DNA of 64,000 nucleotides from Escherichia coli (GTDB lineage Bacteria; Pseudomonadota; Gammaproteobacteria; Enterobacterales; Enterobacteriaceae): NCBI RefSeq assembly GCF_030013205.1, contig NZ_CP122648.1; one strand, 5' to 3'. Shown piece by piece: positions 61,652 to 64,000 of this stretch (position 1 is its first letter; each line of letters starts with the position of its first letter). The notes under the pieces were generated by a model. It saw only the letters and a program-made list of their open reading frames with translations, ran no database searches and was not told where the DNA came from. The position numbers and the translations under genes were made by a program.

Positions 61652-62460
61652 TGGAAACGTTTAATAGCCTGTTTATGGTTTCCCCGCTGTTGCTGGGAGT
61701 TCTCTTTTTTGTCGCCATGCTGGCGGGATTTATCGACTCGATTGCCGGTGGCGGTGGGTTACTCACCATTCCGGCATTGATGGCAGCGGGGATGTCTCCC
61801 GCTAATGCGCTGGCAACCAATAAACTGCAAGCCTGCGGCGGCTCTATTTCCGCCACTATCTACTTTATTCGCCGCAAAGTGGTTAGTTTAAGCGATCAGA
61901 AACTCAATATTGCCATGACCTTTGTCGGCTCAATGAGCGGCGCACTGTTGGTACAGTACGTTCAGGCTGATGTCTTACGGCAGATTTTGCCCATTCTGGT
62001 GATTTGTATCGGCCTCTATTTCTTGCTGATGCCAAAGCTGGGTGAAGAAGATCGCCAGCGCCGGATGTACGGTTTACCCTTCGCGTTAATTGCCGGTGGC
62101 TGCGTCGGTTTTTATGACGGATTCTTTGGTCCGGCAGCCGGATCGTTTTACGCGCTGGCCTTTGTTACGCTGTGCGGATTCAACCTCGCCAAAGCCACGG
62201 CTCACGCCAAATTACTCAACGCAACGTCAAATATCGGCGGTTTACTGCTGTTTATTCTCGGTGGCAAAGTGATTTGGGCGACAGGATTCGTGATGCTGGT
62301 GGGGCAGTTCCTCGGTGCGCGCATGGGTTCACGACTGGTGTTGAGCAAAGGACAAAAGCTGATCCGCCCGATGATTGTTATTGTCTCAGCGGTGATGAGT
62401 GCCAAATTACTTTACGATAGCCACGGACAGGAGATCCTCCACTGGTTGGGGATGAACTAA
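61651..62460 (+). CDS. yfcA: TauE/SafE-family inner membrane protein YfcA
   Basis: 269-aa polytopic membrane ORF. Confidence 0.85.
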   Translation: METFNSLFMVSPLLLGVLFFVAMLAGFIDSIAGGGGLLTIPALMAAGMSPANALATNKLQACGGSISATIYFIRRKVVSLSDQKLNIAMTFVGSMSGALLVQYVQADVLRQILPILVICIGLYFLLMPKLGEEDRQRRMYGLPFALIAGGCVGFYDGFFGPAAGSFYALAFVTLCGFNLAKATAHAKLLNATSNIGGLLLFILGGKVIWATGFVMLVGQFLGARMGSRLVLSKGQKLIRPMIVIVSAVMSAKLLYDSHGQEILHWLGMN

Positions 62461-63008
62461 TGAACAGTACACACCACTATGAGCAGTTGATTGAAATTTT
62501 TAATAGCTGCTTTGCCGATGATTTTAATACCCGTCTGATTAAAGGCGACGACGAACCGATCTATCTTCCTGCTGATGCGGAAGTACCGTATAACCGAATC
62601 GTCTTTGCTCATGGCTTTTATGCCAGCGCAATTCATGAGATTTCGCACTGGTGTATTGCCGGGAAAGCGCGCCGTGAGCTGGTTGATTTCGGCTACTGGT
62701 ATTGTCCCGACGGACGCGATGCCCAAACGCAAAGCCAGTTTGAAGATGTTGAAGTGAAGCCGCAGGCGCTGGACTGGTTGTTCTGTGTGGCGGCGGGATA
62801 TCCGTTTAACGTCAGTTGCGACAATCTGGAAGGCGACTTCGAACCGGATCGTGTGGTGTTTCAACGGCGGGTACATGCACAGGTGATGGATTATCTGGAA
62901 AACGGCATTCCTGAACGCCCGGCACGCTTCATTAAAGCATTACAAAATTATTATCACACGCCGGAACTTACGGCGGAACAGTTCCCGTGGCCGGAAGCGC
63001 TCAACTAA
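62460..63008 (+). CDS. epmC: EF-P beta-lysyl-lysine hydroxylase EpmC (YfcM)
   Basis: 182-aa ORF, conserved position after yfcA. Confidence 0.85.
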   Translation: MNSTHHYEQLIEIFNSCFADDFNTRLIKGDDEPIYLPADAEVPYNRIVFAHGFYASAIHEISHWCIAGKARRELVDFGYWYCPDGRDAQTQSQFEDVEVKPQALDWLFCVAAGYPFNVSCDNLEGDFEPDRVVFQRRVHAQVMDYLENGIPERPARFIKALQNYYHTPELTAEQFPWPEALN

Positions 63009-63041
63009 AGCCAGCGCCACGTTTTACAATGAGGAAAGAAG

Positions 63042-63320
63042 ATGATCGCGGAGTTTGAATCACGCATTCTGGCATTAATCGACGGTATGGTTGACCATGC
63101 CAGTGATGATGAGTTGTTTGCCAGTGGGTATTTGCGTGGCCACCTGACATTAGCCATCGCAGAACTGGAAAGTGGTGATGACCACTCCGCCCAGGCGGTA
63201 CATACAACCGTTAGCCAGAGTCTGGAAAAAGCCATTGGTGCCGGTGAATTGTCGCCGCGTGACCAGGCGCTGGTGACCGATATGTGGGAAAACCTGTTTC
63301 AGCAGGCGTCACAGCAGTAA
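63042..63320 (+). CDS. yfcL: YfcL-family small protein
   Basis: 92-aa [38 protein letters not shown]... Confidence 0.8.
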
Positions 63321-63375
63321 GTAATGTGCCGGATGCGGCGTTCACGCCATATCCGGCAAACACTGCCAGAGCAGA

Positions 63376-64000
<625 letters not shown>

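Overview
Enterobacterial (Escherichia coli-type) chromosome segment. Conserved backbone: yfdE 3' end, evgS-evgA, emrK-emrY, dsdA, then argW, yfdC, mlaA, yfdF, fadL, yfcZ, fadI-fadJ, sixA, a complete yfc chaperone-usher fimbrial operon, smrB, prmB, aroC, mepA, yfcA, epmC, yfcL and the 3' part of mnmC. Between dsdA (8.9 kb) and tRNA-Arg argW (40.6 kb) lie about 31 kb of accessory DNA in three blocks. (1) A cscRAKB sucrose regulon that replaces dsdC and the 5' part of dsdX. (2) A heavily degraded P22/Sf6-like prophage (about 15.0-28.0 kb) with a truncated small terminase, gp10, an HNH endonuclease, tail needle, ejection protein, Mnt-like repressor, an IS1-disrupted tailspike, a three-gene O-antigen glycosylation cassette and an IntS-type integrase. 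(3) A roughly 12.6 kb satellite-like island directly next to argW (about 28.0-40.6 kb). It has a P4/PICI-type backbone (integrase, AlpA, small-gene operon, zinc-finger/TOPRIM primase-helicase) combined with P2-type modules (P2-like integrase, Ogr-type zinc-finger activator, P2 gpN-family capsid homologue with a coupled coiled-coil partner), a PemIK/MazEF-type toxin-antitoxin pair, and dense non-coding repeat architecture. Block 3 is the best candidate for an undescribed system. Three argW-derived att-core copies show the islands are tandem integrations. All identifications rest on reading the six-frame translations against remembered protein families; no database search was possible, and coordinates of non-ORF features are approximate to a few bases.
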